A stretch of 63,277 nt of DNA, filler included, from Octopus bimaculoides (taxonomy: Eukaryota), in the NCBI RefSeq assembly GCF_001194135.2. It is 6 parts of 5 records of this genome, joined end to end, with 100 filler letters (N's around TTAATTAATTAA, not from the genome) between each part and the next. Parts side by side here need not be neighbours in the genome. Positions count along the whole stretch, not along the records: positions 1 to 16,155 come from NC_069008.1; positions 16,256 to 28,907 come from NC_068984.1; 4 more parts are not named here. One strand, written 5' to 3'. Shown piece after piece: positions 14,905 to 28,816 of the stretch. Position 1 is the stretch's first letter. Each line of letters starts with the position of its first letter. Made by a program: the position numbers and the translations under genes. The notes beneath the pieces are model-generated. The model was given only the letters and a program-made list of their open reading frames with translations. It had not been told where the DNA came from and did not search any database.

Positions 14905-15280
14905 TTTATACTTTATTCCTTACATGCACTTCTACTGTTGTATTTCTGTCCAGTGTTATCTTTGTTTAGCAAACTTAATCAACACAGAAGCTACTCTTCT
15001 TGACACTCCAGTCAGTAATGTTCAGAAATTTGGTTGATAATATTATTTCAGAGCAAATGATTCACAAGAATTCTATCACAGACCAGTAGAAGCAATTTGA
15101 TACATCTGCTTTGTATATTTTCCTGTTGTCTTTCAAACATGGTAGACATTGAGGTTGCTTCTTCTGTTACGTCAATGTTGTCTGATGTTCTGAAATTATA
15201 GAGAAACAACAGTGTAAGATGTAGAGGCTACTTAAAGGATACACATTCATTTCTGTTGAGATGAACCGGATAAACAAAAG
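14905..15280 (-). other. 5' non-coding part of the ZNF-B exon and its splice acceptor (AG at 15191-15190), paralogous to positions ~40-400
   Basis: The reverse complement aligns by eye with 40-400; 15181-15236 is identical to 73-128 (56 bp). Confidence 0.85.
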
Positions 15281-15299
15281 TTTACCTCAACAACTCAGC

Positions 15300-15710
15300 T
15301 GGATTCTGACAGCTCCAGAAGGAAGAGCCGATCTAACATGAAAGTGGGACACACAGAAAGACATGGGATGAAGCGCTGAAGAGTGAACTAAGAATGCTGC
15401 TCCAGTCACGTGATATGACAAAGAACCAAGATACACCGCCAGTGCTGGTGGCATGTAAAATGCACCATTCGAGCGTGATTGATGCCACTGTTATCTGACT
15501 GGTGCCCATGTCAGTGGCACTTAAAAAGTACCCACTACACTCTCAGAGTGGTTGGTGTTAGGAAGGGCATCCAGCTGTAGACACCTTGTCAGAACAGACT
15601 GGAGCCTGATTGCAGGCTCCAGGCTTGCCAGTCCTCAGTCAAACTGTCCAACCCATGCCAGCATGGAAAGCAGACGTTAAACGATGATGATGATGATGAT
15701 GATGATGATA
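15300..15710 (+). mobile_element. RTE-clade LINE 3' end with (GAT)n tail
   Basis: HRKTWDEALKSELRMLLQSRDMTKNQD resembles the RTE C-terminal RPRKTWDEVVxxDLRxLxLxxEMTxDR motif; a 3'UTR follows, then (GAT)n at 15683-15709. Confidence 0.75.
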
Positions 15711-16255
15711 TATATAATTATGATATATTGTTACACCATTGAAAGTTGAGGTGAATTTCATTACGTGCTCACGCTCTCGACACACAAAAATGAAACTCAT
15801 TTCGGTGCCAAAAATTGCAAAGAGAAAATGCTTGACTTTATCAAATCTATTCTGCAACCTGGGATTATATATATGTATTATATCCAGTGATTTTAAGAGG
15901 TAGGAAAAAGATATTTTGTTTTAATATACTTCTACTTTGTTTCACACACAAATGCAAAACTCTAGTGTTTTTTTTTTAGATAAATTTATTGTTTCTTATC
16001 TCTCCACACACTTTGTTACCACTAACTTCTATAAGCTCTTCATCTACACTTGTTCATTTCAAACTTCTTTGAATTTCCAATCTAATGTAATCCACATTCT
16101 CTCAAAAACGTATTTCTGCAAAATGTTACCTAAAATTATGGGTAAAGAAAGAAAGNNNNNNNNNNNNNNNNNNNNNNNNNNNNNNNNNNNNNNNNNNNNT
16201 TAATTAATTAANNNNNNNNNNNNNNNNNNNNNNNNNNNNNNNNNNNNNNNNNNNN

Positions 16256-16298
<43 letters not shown>

Positions 16299-16475
16299 TG
16301 GGGAGCAAATTGGTAACCACACAGCCGCACTTACGGTATATGCACGTATGTATGTGTGTGTGTTTGTGTGTGAGTGGTAGTAGTAGTAGTAGTAGTAGTT
16401 ATTAGAAACGGAAGTCGTATTAGTTGAAAATAGCAATCTGTAAATCCTACTTAGTGCTTATTTTCCTCAGATGCA

Positions 16476-16595
16476 AGATGAGGTATCCAAATGAGGATAT
16501 CCAGGAGCGGTATCCAGGTGAGGTTATCCAGGGGAAGTTACCTAGCTGAGACTATCCAGGTAAGGGTATATAGGTGATGGTATTTAGATTAGCAT
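16476..16595. repeat. Short degenerate minisatellite (~13-15 bp unit, core GAGGTATCCAGG)
   Basis: About 8 imperfect copies: gaggtatccaaat, gaggatatccag, gcggtatccaggt, gaggttatccagg, gactatccaggt and others. Confidence 0.6.
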
Positions 16596-18136
16596 ATCTA
16601 AGTAAGGATATTCCAGTTGAGAGTATCCGGGCTCACACATTGAGCTCAAAACTTCAAATTAGAAGAATAGTTTATTCTGATCAAAGAAACAATGAAACGA
16701 AAGTTTATTGGAGGTATTCTTTTAATTTCAGAATCTCGAATTCCAAACAAAATTCGAGACAGATTTTTTTTTTTTTTGTGCGCCAACTATTTAAATGTGA
16801 TTTATGTCCACCGTATTCCAACTGACGTTATCATCCTTCCAGCAATTTACTAAACTAAGAAGGAATGTTTTAGCTTTCAGTTACTATTTAATTAATATTC
16901 TTAGTATGGTGTATAATTTTGAATTAATTTTAAATAAGTCCTTGATAATGTGTTTAAAAAAATTCTAATATTGTATACGATATGTCTTTGAAACCCTGTT
17001 TTTTAACATATTTAGCACTTTGCCTGTCCAAAGTATTTCACAGGTTTGTTTCAAATGTTCTGTGCTTTTCTTTCATAAGTCCTAAGTTACTCTGGTGGTT
17101 GAAAAACAAAAAGGAAACATCTATCATATGTGATGCATGGACGCCAGAGAAATATGTCCTCTGTATTTGATGTGATAAACAGAACAGGCAGAAAGTTATA
17201 GTTTATCTGAGATTAACTTGCCTTTTAGATCGATAAAATAAATGCCAGTGCTGTACTGGAAATTATTTAAATCGGGAATTCCTCGATCGGTAAAAATAAA
17301 ATGGCCTTCAGTCGCAAGAAAAAACATCAATGAAGATTTTCTTTACGTTTCCAAGATATGAAGGTAATATAAGAACAAGAAATATGAAGTTCATAATTCC
17401 GCGGTTTTAAAGACTGTAATGTTTGAAAAATGTACAAAATATGAACCATTTCTCTTGAATGAATGTTATCCAAGCTCGCTGGGGAATCAAATAAGATTTA
17501 GTCTTGAAAAGAAATATAAAAATATTGTTTCCTGGATACAGCCTTTAAGGAGTTCCAACCTATAATGGAGCATATATGGTATTTTTGAAGCAAATTAATA
17601 GAGCGTGTTATGGAAGCGAAAGCCAATGCTGTTTTAGTGCCTTTATTAAAAAGACGTACTCTAAATAATTAGTATATTTGGTGGTAGGGAGAATTTTCTT
17701 GTTTTCATCTTTTTCTGTTAGGTAGGAATGTCTGCTAAAAGTGAAAAGGTGTCTAATTTTTAGGCAATGGGAGATTTTCAAAGTGAGTCGTGAGTGAATG
17801 AGCGATAGCATATGTCGACAGAAAACGTCAAAAGCTGTCTGGATGAAGTGTGGTGGGGTGGGGTGTATGAGGTTGATATATATATAAAATTAAGTACTTG
17901 TTTTTGGTCGGAGGGAACATAAAAAGAATCGGAGCCATAAAACTAGGGATATATTTAGGATATTTATGCAGTACAGATAGCATGAAGTTAATTAGGTTTC
18001 TTTTCTTTTTCTTTAAGTTCATGGAGAGAGACATTGACTTGAAATTAGAATTGAGAAACTGAAATGATAACTGAGCGGTTATTAGATATAAGTTGTGTGA
18101 AAGACATTATGCGTATGTATGTGTGTGTGTGTGTGT

Positions 18137-18181
<45 letters not shown>

Positions 18182-18712
18182 CGTAAGTGCGTAAGTGCAT
18201 GCATGTGCGAGACTAAGTGTTTCTATCACTCNNNNNNNNNNNNNNNNNNNNNNNNNNNNNNNNNNNNNNNNNNNNNNNNNNNNNNNNNNNNNNNNNNNNN
18301 NNNNNNNNNNNNNNNNNNNNNNNNNNNNNNNNNNNNNNNNNNNNNNNNNNNNNNNNNNNNNNNNNNNNNNNNNNNNNNNNNNNNNNNNNNNNNNNNNNNN
18401 NNNNNNNNNNNNNNNNNNNNNNNACCAACATTATTCAATGAATATTGAGAAAATGAGAGACTTGCCGTAGTTTTGGTAGCAAGAACTTTCGTCTGATCAA
18501 GAGGAACGAATTCTCTGGTGTTTCTAGCTTTATTTTTTTTTTAAATTTTATAAAACTGTGTATTGGCGACTGAGCATCTGATCCATGTAAGGAATGAAGA
18601 CCAATATATACCCCCAGTAGCTAGATGTTGCTTAACTTAATGGTACAGAGCGCTCAGCCAGAACTGGAGAGGTACAGGGTTCAATTATCTGTAGCGGCTT
18701 GCTGGCCACGTT

Positions 18713-19350
18713 TTTATTATTATTATTATCTCTTTATCACAAGTTTTGTTGGAGCTCTTGGAGTCTTGCATGCGCAGCGGGCTTACTACCTGCAGCCTAC
18801 GGTACCATACTATTCTTTCTTTTCATCTATCTAATACTTTCCTGATTATTCTGGCAAACATTTTGTAACAGTTCTACTAGGCACTTTATTCTGATTTCCT
18901 TTATATTCCTCTTGATGTCTTCTGATACTGTTCCCAAAGACCCAACAATAATTAAAATCTATCTTCACCTTCATTTTCCATAGCTGGGCTATTTCGTACA
19001 TAAGAGGGTTGTATCTATCTTTTCACCTTCCTTCTTGACTATTCGTGGGTCAAAGGGACATGCAACGTCAACTATATAGCATATGTGGTGCTCCTTGGCC
19101 ACCACCGCTGGGTCCAGTCTTTTATGCTCAAGCACCTGATCAGTTTGGATTGGGAAATCCCAGAGGATTTGCTAGTCTACGACTCTGCCACTCTCTGCAG
19201 TTTGTGTTCATACCACGTCTTGCCGCTCTCTAGCCCTCACTTTTCGCACAGTTTCCAATGTAGCACTTTTGCTACTCGGTCGTGTCGCCATAACTTGTAG
19301 TGGTTTTGGGCATGTCTAGGGCATTCGTTCGTCATATGGGCAATGGGAAC
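18713..19350 (-). mobile_element. R4/Dong-like non-LTR retrotransposon 3' end (REL endonuclease) with (TAA)n tail
   Basis: AQNHYKLWRHDRVAKVLHWKLCEK*..WYEH..KILWDFPIQTDQVLEHKRLD..IVDVACPFDPRIVKKEGEK; the tail is tttttattattattattat on the plus strand at ~18713-18730. Confidence 0.85.
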
Positions 19351-19419
19351 CAGTGATTTCAATAATAAATACATATGTTTGAAAGAAAAATAATTATTAT
19401 TTTGTTTAACCTAATAGAT

Positions 19420-19550
19420 ACAGTTCGCAATCATAATGTCGTGGGCTCAACTCCTGGACTGGTCAACATGTGTCCTCCAGCAAAGCATTTTATTTTACGC
19501 TGCTTCAGGTTACTCGTCTGACAATGTGTACCAACCGAGTATGATGCAGC
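19420..19550 (+). mobile_element. Decayed tRNA-derived SINE fragment
   Basis: gggctcaactcct...gtgtcctccagcaaagcattttattttacgctgcttcag resembles the copies at 22750 and (reversed) 28517. Confidence 0.45.
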
Positions 19551-21019
19551 TCTCCCCCCCTCTCTCTCTCTCTCTAGCTGTTACATACTGGATGTGCTAC
19601 TGGGTCAGATGCGTGGGGTTTGAGTGAATTTATGTTTGCTCGCGACTACATAGTCAGCCAAAGCAATTCGCGAAAGCATGGTACATTTTTGACCTTGCCA
19701 TTTTGGTTCATGAGAATTGGACTTCTTTTTTTTATTTTCAATTAAACTTCTCATAACTATTAGCTGAAACCGCGACTGTTGATTAATTAATAAAATAACG
19801 AATGTCAATATTGAAAAAGACACAACCTAGTACCGAATCAAGAGAAACACTCTTTCTCAATGCTAATCTTTCTTTAAAATATTTTTTCTGTGCGACGTGC
19901 GTGATATTTATTAGTACCTCATGGGGCAAATGGAGAATCATATCCAAATGTTATTTTGGTTTCGCATCTTCGAAGAAAGCAAAAACGTGTCTGCTTTTAT
20001 CAAATTACAAACTAATTGTAAGTTTTTCCATTTCACAAATGACAGTAGAACTTGACAATGAACAAACGGCAAAAATAATGATGATTATGATGTCATTCCT
20101 CAAATTAATTAATCCTCTATGTACGAGAATCATATTGAATTGTGTTTTAAGATCTCTCTTTAAATTTTTATCTTAAGAATAATTTTGTAGCAAAACTAAA
20201 TATCTAGAAGGAATTCTTCTCCGTATGAGAACTGACCACCTCGTAACTAAATGTGTTTAGATATACAGAATTCATTAACTCATTTGCTGTATGGTGCTTT
20301 AACTTCGTCTTTTTTTTTTTTAAGAAAATATAATTTGTTAAATGTGAAGTGAATCTGCAACTTACTAAGGGATTTGTCGACAAAGAAGAAAATGACACGT
20401 AACAGTTTTATGCCAAATCTTAGAAGGAGGTAGTGAAAGATAAGGAAACAGAGTTATAACTGTCTTCCTTTCTCTAATTAATTGATTACGCTTCAGACAG
20501 AAATTACGATAACCTCAGATTCTCAGGATGACTAAGCTCTTTCTACGGATCGTCGACAACATGTAGCTACTTTCATGCTTCAGTGCCTGGCTACAAACCT
20601 CACATTTAGAGTAGCAAAGAAGCGAGATAAAATGGTAAACTTTTCAAGTTGGCGTCCCATATATTGTTATGAGATATTAAAGGTGTCTCTAGGTGAAATT
20701 GATAGTTTCCTAAATAATTAAAATAAAGNNNNNNNNNNAGTGAATACTGAGGTATTTAGGATATAACACCGATAGAAAACAATAAGCAAATATTGAAAAA
20801 TTTTAAAACCATTTCCTTAACTAAGTGAGCCAACTATAAAGGTCATTCTGTGATTCGGAAATATTTTAAAGAAAAATTAAGACACATTTCAATGGAAATG
20901 GAAATTCAACAATGAGTCTTCAAAGACAGTTACTCCCAAAAATTCTAAAATAAGATTTAGGTTTTATGGAAGATCAAAGTTGGGAACAAAAACAGGACAG
21001 TGGAGACATACAAGGAAAC

Positions 21020-21109
21020 CGAACGAAAACAAACATGGAGCGTGGGGTCCGTGGGAAAGCTCATTTAAATAAAAGGGATCCTTGGTAGTGAAAAGGTTGG
21101 GAACCACTG
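21020..21109. mobile_element. hAT (Charlie-type) MITE end
   Basis: Ends in aaaaggttgggaaccactg, the reverse complement of the cagtggttcccaa terminus seen at 40446 and (variant) 61359. Confidence 0.55.
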
Positions 21110-22681
21110 TACTATATCCTTGTTTTACTACGAACTGTTTGAAAATTTCAGAAGGAAAAAGATCATGCTTTTTAATAATTTCAAAAACGCCGTCAAAAAC
21201 AATTGCCTATTTCCCAGTCTCTCAGATCCTTCTAAGGTAAGACTAATACGAGAATTAGATGGAAAATTTCTTTTACATCATAAGGAGCTGATGATTTCAG
21301 TTTCTTCGCAACAATCATTACTTTTTTTTGTTATGAGGAGTCATGTGGGTAACAACTGAATTTCGACTGCATTATAAATGTACCTGGATCAAATCATATT
21401 AACACATACGTATACACATTCATACGTAGATATATGTTCAACTCCCTCCACCTTTCCCTCTCTATTTTTCTCGCTTTCTTTTTCCCAAAATATTTTCAAT
21501 CTCCTACCTTTTAGAAATAATGGCTTCTAAAATTTAGGTAGGAGGCCAGCAATGTCGGAAAGATGGGGCGAATCGATACCAATTACCCCAATATTTTACT
21601 AGTACTGTATTATATCGACCCAGGAGGGATAAATGGCAAAGTTGACTTTGACGAGCTTTTTTTTTTCACGTTTGAATGTACACGAACGTGTTAAATAAAA
21701 TTGTATATCTTTATATTTCAATCAAGGCCACTTCGTGTGCCTCTAGTTAATTAATTAGTTAATTAATTGCAGCTTGGTAAAGTTTTAAGTACATCAGTAA
21801 ATTTACTATTTGCTCTTTAAAAGGTTTGGGAGAAGATTTGACTGCTGTATCTTGCATTTCGAACGGCTACATAAAATCTGTTGCTTGATCGCTTCACAAC
21901 CATTGCTCAACACACATTACAGTGATTCAATCGCCATGAAGTCTGAATACAATATGGAGAATCGAATAACATTTCAGATTTTGCTGGTGTCAGTAAATCC
22001 AGTTGTTGCTTCAGACTAAAGTTTGTTGACGGACAGGAGTTAATTAATGGTCAAACCCTTACAAATTTCCTCGGATTTGGATTTTTTTTTTTCCCGTGTA
22101 AAATATTTAGCTTCGCGTAAAACTGTGTGCCTAAACCTCGTCCCAATAGCGAACTATAAAGACTTTCTGTTGACTCTGAACTGGCATATTTAAGGTCAGT
22201 ATTGTCTCGCTGCTAACATTAAGTAGCGTAGCCAGGGGTAAACTTGAAAATGACATGATGGACATGGATGGAATGCCTTTTAATACAGATCAGCTGAATC
22301 AGGACTAACTTGGGACTAAACAACAACAAAAAGATCCTTAACAATGTCCTTGAAACTGACAAAAGAATCGATAATGAATACATATTAACAATTTGGTTTA
22401 AATTCATAATCGATATTATTACTTGCTCATATATATTCTTAATTACTGATTTCTAATTACACATCTGTAATTACACACACTCAATTACATATCCTTAATT
22501 ACAGCGTCTTAATTACACGTTCCTAATTCCAAAGCCTACACCGGATAATCAGACAACTGCAATCAGGAATTCTGTATTTGATTTCGCGATTTTCTAAAGA
22601 ATGGCAACTTGGATTGTCATCTAGTCATTCATTTCTAGTTTGGAATAGGGCGTCATATGCTGTATTTTCTCCTTATATGCA

Positions 22682-22717
<36 letters not shown>

Positions 22718-22749
22718 CGTGTGTGTGCGCGCGTGCGTGCGCGTGAAAG

Positions 22750-22910
22750 TGCGGGGCTCAGTGATAAGAGTGTTGCACTCACGATCGCAAGATCGTGGTC
22801 TCGATTCCTAGTCTGGCGATGCGTGGTGCTCTTCATTTCACGTTGCTCCAGTCCACTGAGCTATAAATGTGTAATCCTGCGACGGACTGGCATCCCATTC
22901 ATGAGACGTT
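22750..22910 (+). mobile_element. tRNA-derived SINE
   Basis: A-box/B-box-like head (ctcagtgataag..gtctcgattcc) followed by tttcacgttgctccagtccact, shared with 28517-28816. Confidence 0.65.
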
Positions 22911-23649
22911 GGTCCGCCCACCGACATAGTGGGGTAGCATCATTCCATAGCTTCAATAATGCGTGAAAGTGCATTCTCAGCAGTGGTGTATTACCACTTC
23001 CAAAAGTCTAGTTGTACAATGATGTATATATATATATATATATATTAGTTAAATTAATTTCAATCGTGTTTTGTTTTGGAAAAAATTTATAAGGTTTGAA
23101 CTTTCATTATAGTAGTATCTATGGAAGACCGGTGGGATTATTATTTATATGGACTTAAAGATGGATCGCAATTTAGCATATAATATAGTTATTGCAGTTT
23201 ACTATTTATACCGATACAATGTAGACTGGTTTAAATATCTCTTGTAGTTTTAGTAAAGTTAGTGTTTAATTCTACCTATATATTGATTGATTGAAATAAT
23301 GTGGTTATTAAGCTTTACTTTTATATTACACCACGAAAGACGGTAGAGATTATAATTTTTTCTGATTTAATAGAGTTGTAGCTGTTTAGTTACGTATTTA
23401 GAAGTGGGTGCAATTTACTTATGGAATTTATTTATCGATACGGTTGAATATTGGGTAAATGTGTTTGAAAGTTGTGGTTTCTTTAGTATGTTTGTTCCCA
23501 AACAACACTTATTTTAGTGCTGTTGACACCGCTGGATTGAATGGTACAGCCCAGGTGTCGAAACCATAATGATATCTGTGGGGCAGCTGATGATGGAGGT
23601 ATGTTGGATTGTTGGTATGGCTGTGGAATAGTATCATAACACATCCTTT

Positions 23650-23694
<45 letters not shown>

Positions 23695-25759
23695 CATGTG
23701 TGTGTGTATGTGTGTGGTGGTGTAGTCGAGATCAAGAAGCATCTTCACCTGTGTTTCTGAAATACGGTGGAAACTGATCGGGAGACGGTAACCGTACCTT
23801 TTTCTTTTCTTTTAACGCTGTGCTGTGACCATCTTGGTGTAGTCGTTGATTTTTTTATTGGTGCTTTATCCTGTATAGATTTAAACGGTTTCATTAATGT
23901 ATACTTTCTTTATTGCGATCTAATAAACATCGAAATTATTAACTTTTTAAATCTTTTCTTCGATTTTCGCGTTGATGATGAATAATAATGAGAATGCCGT
24001 TAAGTTTCCTTTGGAAAAGGATAAGCCAAGTAAAACGAAGTAATGTCAGATGAATGCCTTAAAAGTCATTGATCTGATATTGAACAGCAACGCCTTTACA
24101 AAATTTAGCCTCTTTTTCTAAACCAGTGTTATTAATTCAATTTTGAAGAACGAAAGTGTTGAATAAAAATTTGTGATGCGTTTCTTCATCCCCAAGTAAT
24201 TTTGACAATTACAAAAACAACAAAAAAGTGTTTTCAATTTGTACGTGTCGATTCTTAAGGTCCGCCTCATAATTAATTTAATTATACCGTGTAATTAATT
24301 ATTTGTATTTAAATCCGTATAAAAGAATCCCTCATCAAATTTATTTCATACAGCATTCAGTCGTAATTAGGAGAAGGGTTCTGCTGGTCTCTAATTAAGA
24401 CATAATTTGTTTCATGTAAATAGTGATATCATGACTAGTGCCATGAAAGGAAGTGAAAAACGGAAGTGTTTTTAATACTGGTGTAAATATTTGAAGTATG
24501 TAAGTATTTCATTCATTATGGATGACAGCTATCAATATTCATCGGATGAGCTTTTTATCTTATTCACTGTTTTAATAACATTGTGCTAAGTTTGATGTAG
24601 CCTACCACCTACATGTTTTGTAGCCCTAAGTGTCAACGACTAACACAGTGAAACGTAAAGACATTTACAGCTGCTTCTTTTGAACGTCCTATGAATCCAC
24701 AGTGGAGACCAATCGTAAGAAGCTCCATTTAAATAACATTAATGATTGTAATATTTTTGTTATTAAAAAAATCGAGATCGACTGCTCTGTAAATTGTAGA
24801 ACCTTTAGCGCCAGATTTCAATTGTTCGGCAACAACAGAAAAGCAAAAAAAAATTCACACCACTTATCTTTTGATATCTTCAAACAAATTAAAAGAAACA
24901 CACCAAATTACATGAAAAAAGCAGCAGAAAAGAAAAATGAAATTATAAATCCTTTTATCAGCTATATGGCATACTGTTCAAAGATGCAGAACAAGTATTA
25001 TAATCTTTGGCAAGAAATAAATTATGAGTGATGTTAATTTTTTTTTCTTCTTGTTTCGCGAGAAAGAATTCAGTGATGTGTTGCAATTGTTAACTAAGCA
25101 GCTAAATTGTAAATTAATGAAAGAAGAACCTAGAGACTTCATTTGTTAAATATTGAAGTTGATTTTTAAAATTTGGCAAATTATCAAGTGCATGCTAACC
25201 ATTATATTATATAGTTATTTTTCATTGAATACATCAAGTTTACACGGTTTTTGCAATAGTAATTTCTGGTCATGTTCTTTGTTTACAAATAAATTTGTTT
25301 CAAGTTTACATTTTAATTTTTTTTTTTTAGTTTTCCTATAATTACAAAAATACAAATAGTAATGACTTGTTTAATTAACCTTTGTACTTTAATAATCATT
25401 AAGTCATTAATTATTGTCAAATTTATGCGAACAGGGAGTATCTTCTGCAAATATTTGAAAGAAGGGGAATAAAGTAAAAGGGTAAGAACTACTGCTCTAC
25501 TCGGTCGTCGCTCAGTCTACTAAAATTAACAGCTAAACGCCCATCATCCACTAGTCACACGTAGCTGTTTCACAAAAGAAAAAAAAAGCACACTGTACAA
25601 TACATTAGTAGACAAACTGTGTCTAAAATAGGTTTTACGAAAGTTTTACTCGCTACGACCTGGCTTTGGGTTAAACAACAAAGGCAACAACAGGATAGAG
25701 AAATATATTGATTCTTAATATAAGTATAGCGTCACGAATTCTTGGATAGGGTAACACTC

Positions 25760-25895
25760 AACTCTATCACATCGTGGGCACCTATTTAATCGAGTAAGAA
25801 TGCTAAAATACAAAATCGACCTCGAGTAGATTCGAACACAGAAAACACATCGTCGTTCTGCAGGACATTTTACGCCACGCTCTACTAATTCTGCC
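25760..25895 (-). mobile_element. Decayed SINE of the ggcggcgagctggcagaa family
   Basis: The reverse complement begins ggtgcgttggcagaattagtagagcg and contains gaatctactcgaggtcgattttg. Confidence 0.5.
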
Positions 25896-26094
25896 AACGC
25901 ACCAGCCCCAAATCTGGAAATCTATTGTCATTTATCACGTGCCGATATTGTACATGTATATTTGGAATTTATTGTTGTACAACAAGCAAGATAAAATATT
26001 ACAAATCTCTACGTCATATTTTATCAAAAAACATTACACAACTATGCATACATACATACAAACATATACATATATATATATATATATTATATAC

Positions 26095-26166
<72 letters not shown>

Positions 26167-26343
26167 NNNNNNNNNNTAGGTTGGTAGGTAGGTAGGTAGG
26201 TAGGTAGGTTAGTAGGTTGGTAGGTAGGTAGGCAGGTAGGTAGGTAGGTAGGTAGGGAGGGAGGTAAGTAGGTATAGACAAAAAGCAAGTAAAATATCAC
26301 AATCCTCTACGATGTCATATTTTGTCAATAAACATTACAGAAC

Positions 26344-26374
<31 letters not shown>

Positions 26375-26526
26375 GGTTCTATATATGTATGTAATAATAT
26401 ATATGTGTGTTTGTGTGTGTGTGTGTGCATATGTGTANNNNNNNNNNNNNNNNNNNNNNNNNNNNNNNNNNNNNNNNNNNNNNNNNNNNNNNNNNNNNNN
26501 NNNNNNNNNNNNNNNNNNNNNNNNNN

Positions 26527-26578
<52 letters not shown>

Positions 26579-27441
26579 ACTGATTATCTCGTTTGGTTGC
26601 GTTTGCATCACAATTGGAGTTAGTGGAAAATCAATCACCAGAAAAGGTACATTAGAAACGTAAATGTATTATCTGATGGTCTCAGAGGACTGAGAATGTT
26701 ATGAGAATGTATTGCAGGTAATACATATATGACAGTTTTAGCTGACTAGCGATAATAATTTATAATGGCTGCACTAGATATGAGAGCTTGATACTTATAT
26801 TGTCTCCACACTAAGAATGTAAGCAAAAGAATCGCTGATTACAAATTATAATGCGTTATATACTGTTTTTATTTATACAGTATTATATATAAGCTACATC
26901 TTTTCTTTTTTTTTTTTTTTTGATCTTGATGTTTGGAGTGAAATTTCATTCAAACAAAAACATATGCAATTTCTTGTTTTCTGTTATTTTTTTCTTGCCA
27001 AAGTTAATAGGTTCCCCCGTTGTGTGCTGTTTTTGTTCAGCCCCATTTCAACACTAATTGAGGAGAACATTAATCAAGATTATTCCAGCTGTGACCATGC
27101 CGTCTTTTTGTGTNNNNNNNNNNNNNNNNNNNNNNNNNNNNNNNNNNNNNNNNNNNNNNNNNNNNNNNNNNNNNNNNNNNNNNNNNNNNNNNNNNNNNNN
27201 NNNNNNNNNNNNNNNNNNNNNNNNNNNNNNNNNNNATATACATATGTTATACACACACATATATATATTTATATGTACGTGAATATCTGCAAGTATATAC
27301 ATGCATCTGTGGCTTGTTATTACTAAGTCTTTATATATACATGTGGATGTTTCTGCAGAATTCTGTGCATACATTTAAATATGTGTATATGTAGGGATGT
27401 GTGTGCGTGTATGTGTGTGTGAAAGGGGTAGAGAGAGAGAG

Positions 27442-27487
<46 letters not shown>

Positions 27488-27899
27488 AGGTATAAAATTA
27501 AACAGCATCTAGTGGTGTTCGGGAGTTCTGGAATTTTGGAGAGCATGGAGTGCTCCTTAATTACCATTACTGCCAGACCCGTTCTGACCTGAAACGATAG
27601 TACTTATCAAGAACACATCCATGACTTAAATAGATTTCCCAGGGTTAGCGGCGTTTCCTGTCATAATTGACAAACCCATGAATGGGTCAGATCTTCTAGG
27701 AGAAAGATACTCCGGCATAAAACCTCCACTCAAAATAGTGGTAGTCATTATGCAATGCTTGTTACTGCAACATCAATAGTGGCCGAGAGAGCGGCAAAAG
27801 TGTCGTACAGCCTTTTGTCACTTAAATCCAATGACGTATGATGACTCACTATCATGTTTGTGGGACAGCTAGCATCTGACAAGATGAAGCAATCATCAT

Positions 27900-27971
<72 letters not shown>

Positions 27972-28516
27972 GTTTCTTTATTAGCCACACAGGGCCGAAC
28001 ACAGAGAGGACAAAATGCAATGTAGAACTTTTCTTTTCGAAAATAGAAAAAAAAAAGGAGAAAAATAAAATTCCTATCAAAGAGGATCGTGTATCACAGA
28101 AAATATTAAAAATGTAAAAAACAAGATTAGGTTTATCTGTGGAAAGAAAAGCCTACGGAAAAGACCACGGTAACCTCAGGCAGGGAGGGAATAAACACAT
28201 GAGAGCAAAGTGCTCTCTCTCTCTCTCCCTTTTCGATTTACAGGATCATGTGCAAAATGGTTTCGCCACTCGCACATACCAGTTTTGCTTTATTCACCCA
28301 ACTTTTATTGAAACTTTCACGAGACAAAACTTGCTTCTCTATTCTCACCTTCCTTTTTAAGTGGTATTTGAAAAAGTTGATGAGCGACTGGCCAGAGAGG
28401 AAAGTGTTTGTATCTAAACCTTTCGCTCGAGTTCACCACACACATTCTTTCACCATGGGCACCAGTACGATGAACACTGCCTTGCCTTGCCTATATATAT
28501 ATAGGAGTAATCCGTC

Positions 28517-28816
28517 GGTTACGACGACGTGGGTTCCAGCTGATACGATCAACGGAACAGCTTGCTCGTGAAATTAGCGTGCAAGTCGCTGAGCACTCCA
28601 CAGACACGTGTACCCATAACGTGGTTCTCAGGGAGATTCAGCGTGTCTCAGAGCGTGACAAGGCTGGGCGTTTGAAATACAGGTACTACTCATTTTTGCC
28701 AGCTGGACTGAAGCAACGTGAAAATGAAGTGTTTTGTTCAAGGACACAACGCGTCGCCGGGAATTGAACTCTCGACTTTACGATCGTTAGCCAAATGCCC
28801 CTAACCACTAAGCCAC
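28517..28816 (-). mobile_element. tRNA-derived SINE, near full length
   Basis: The reverse complement starts gtggcttagtggttagggg...gagttcaattcccgg (A and B boxes); its body is shared with 29408-29688 and 53780-53960. Confidence 0.8.

Noticed and set aside
17380-17640. Possible transposase fragment (…WIQPLRSSNL*WSIYGIFEAN)
   Set aside because: Only a vague echo of a Tc1 SPDLNP motif; too decayed to support.
23530-23575. ctggattga...gtcgaaacc as a hammerhead
   Set aside because: The core is broken and no NUH or stem I could be formed.
24318-24500. TATAAAAG plus Inr-like TCAGTC as the PLA2 promoter
   Set aside because: The spacing is off (41 nt), and the downstream ATG gives a short ORF without a signal peptide; there is no link to the PLA2 exons.
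26576-28420. Candidate upstream PLA2 exons (26640-26717; IMCKMVSPLA after the acceptor at ~28241)
   Set aside because: Neither contains YGCxCG or the PxDxxD lead-in, and neither gives a phase-2 donor compatible with 29134.
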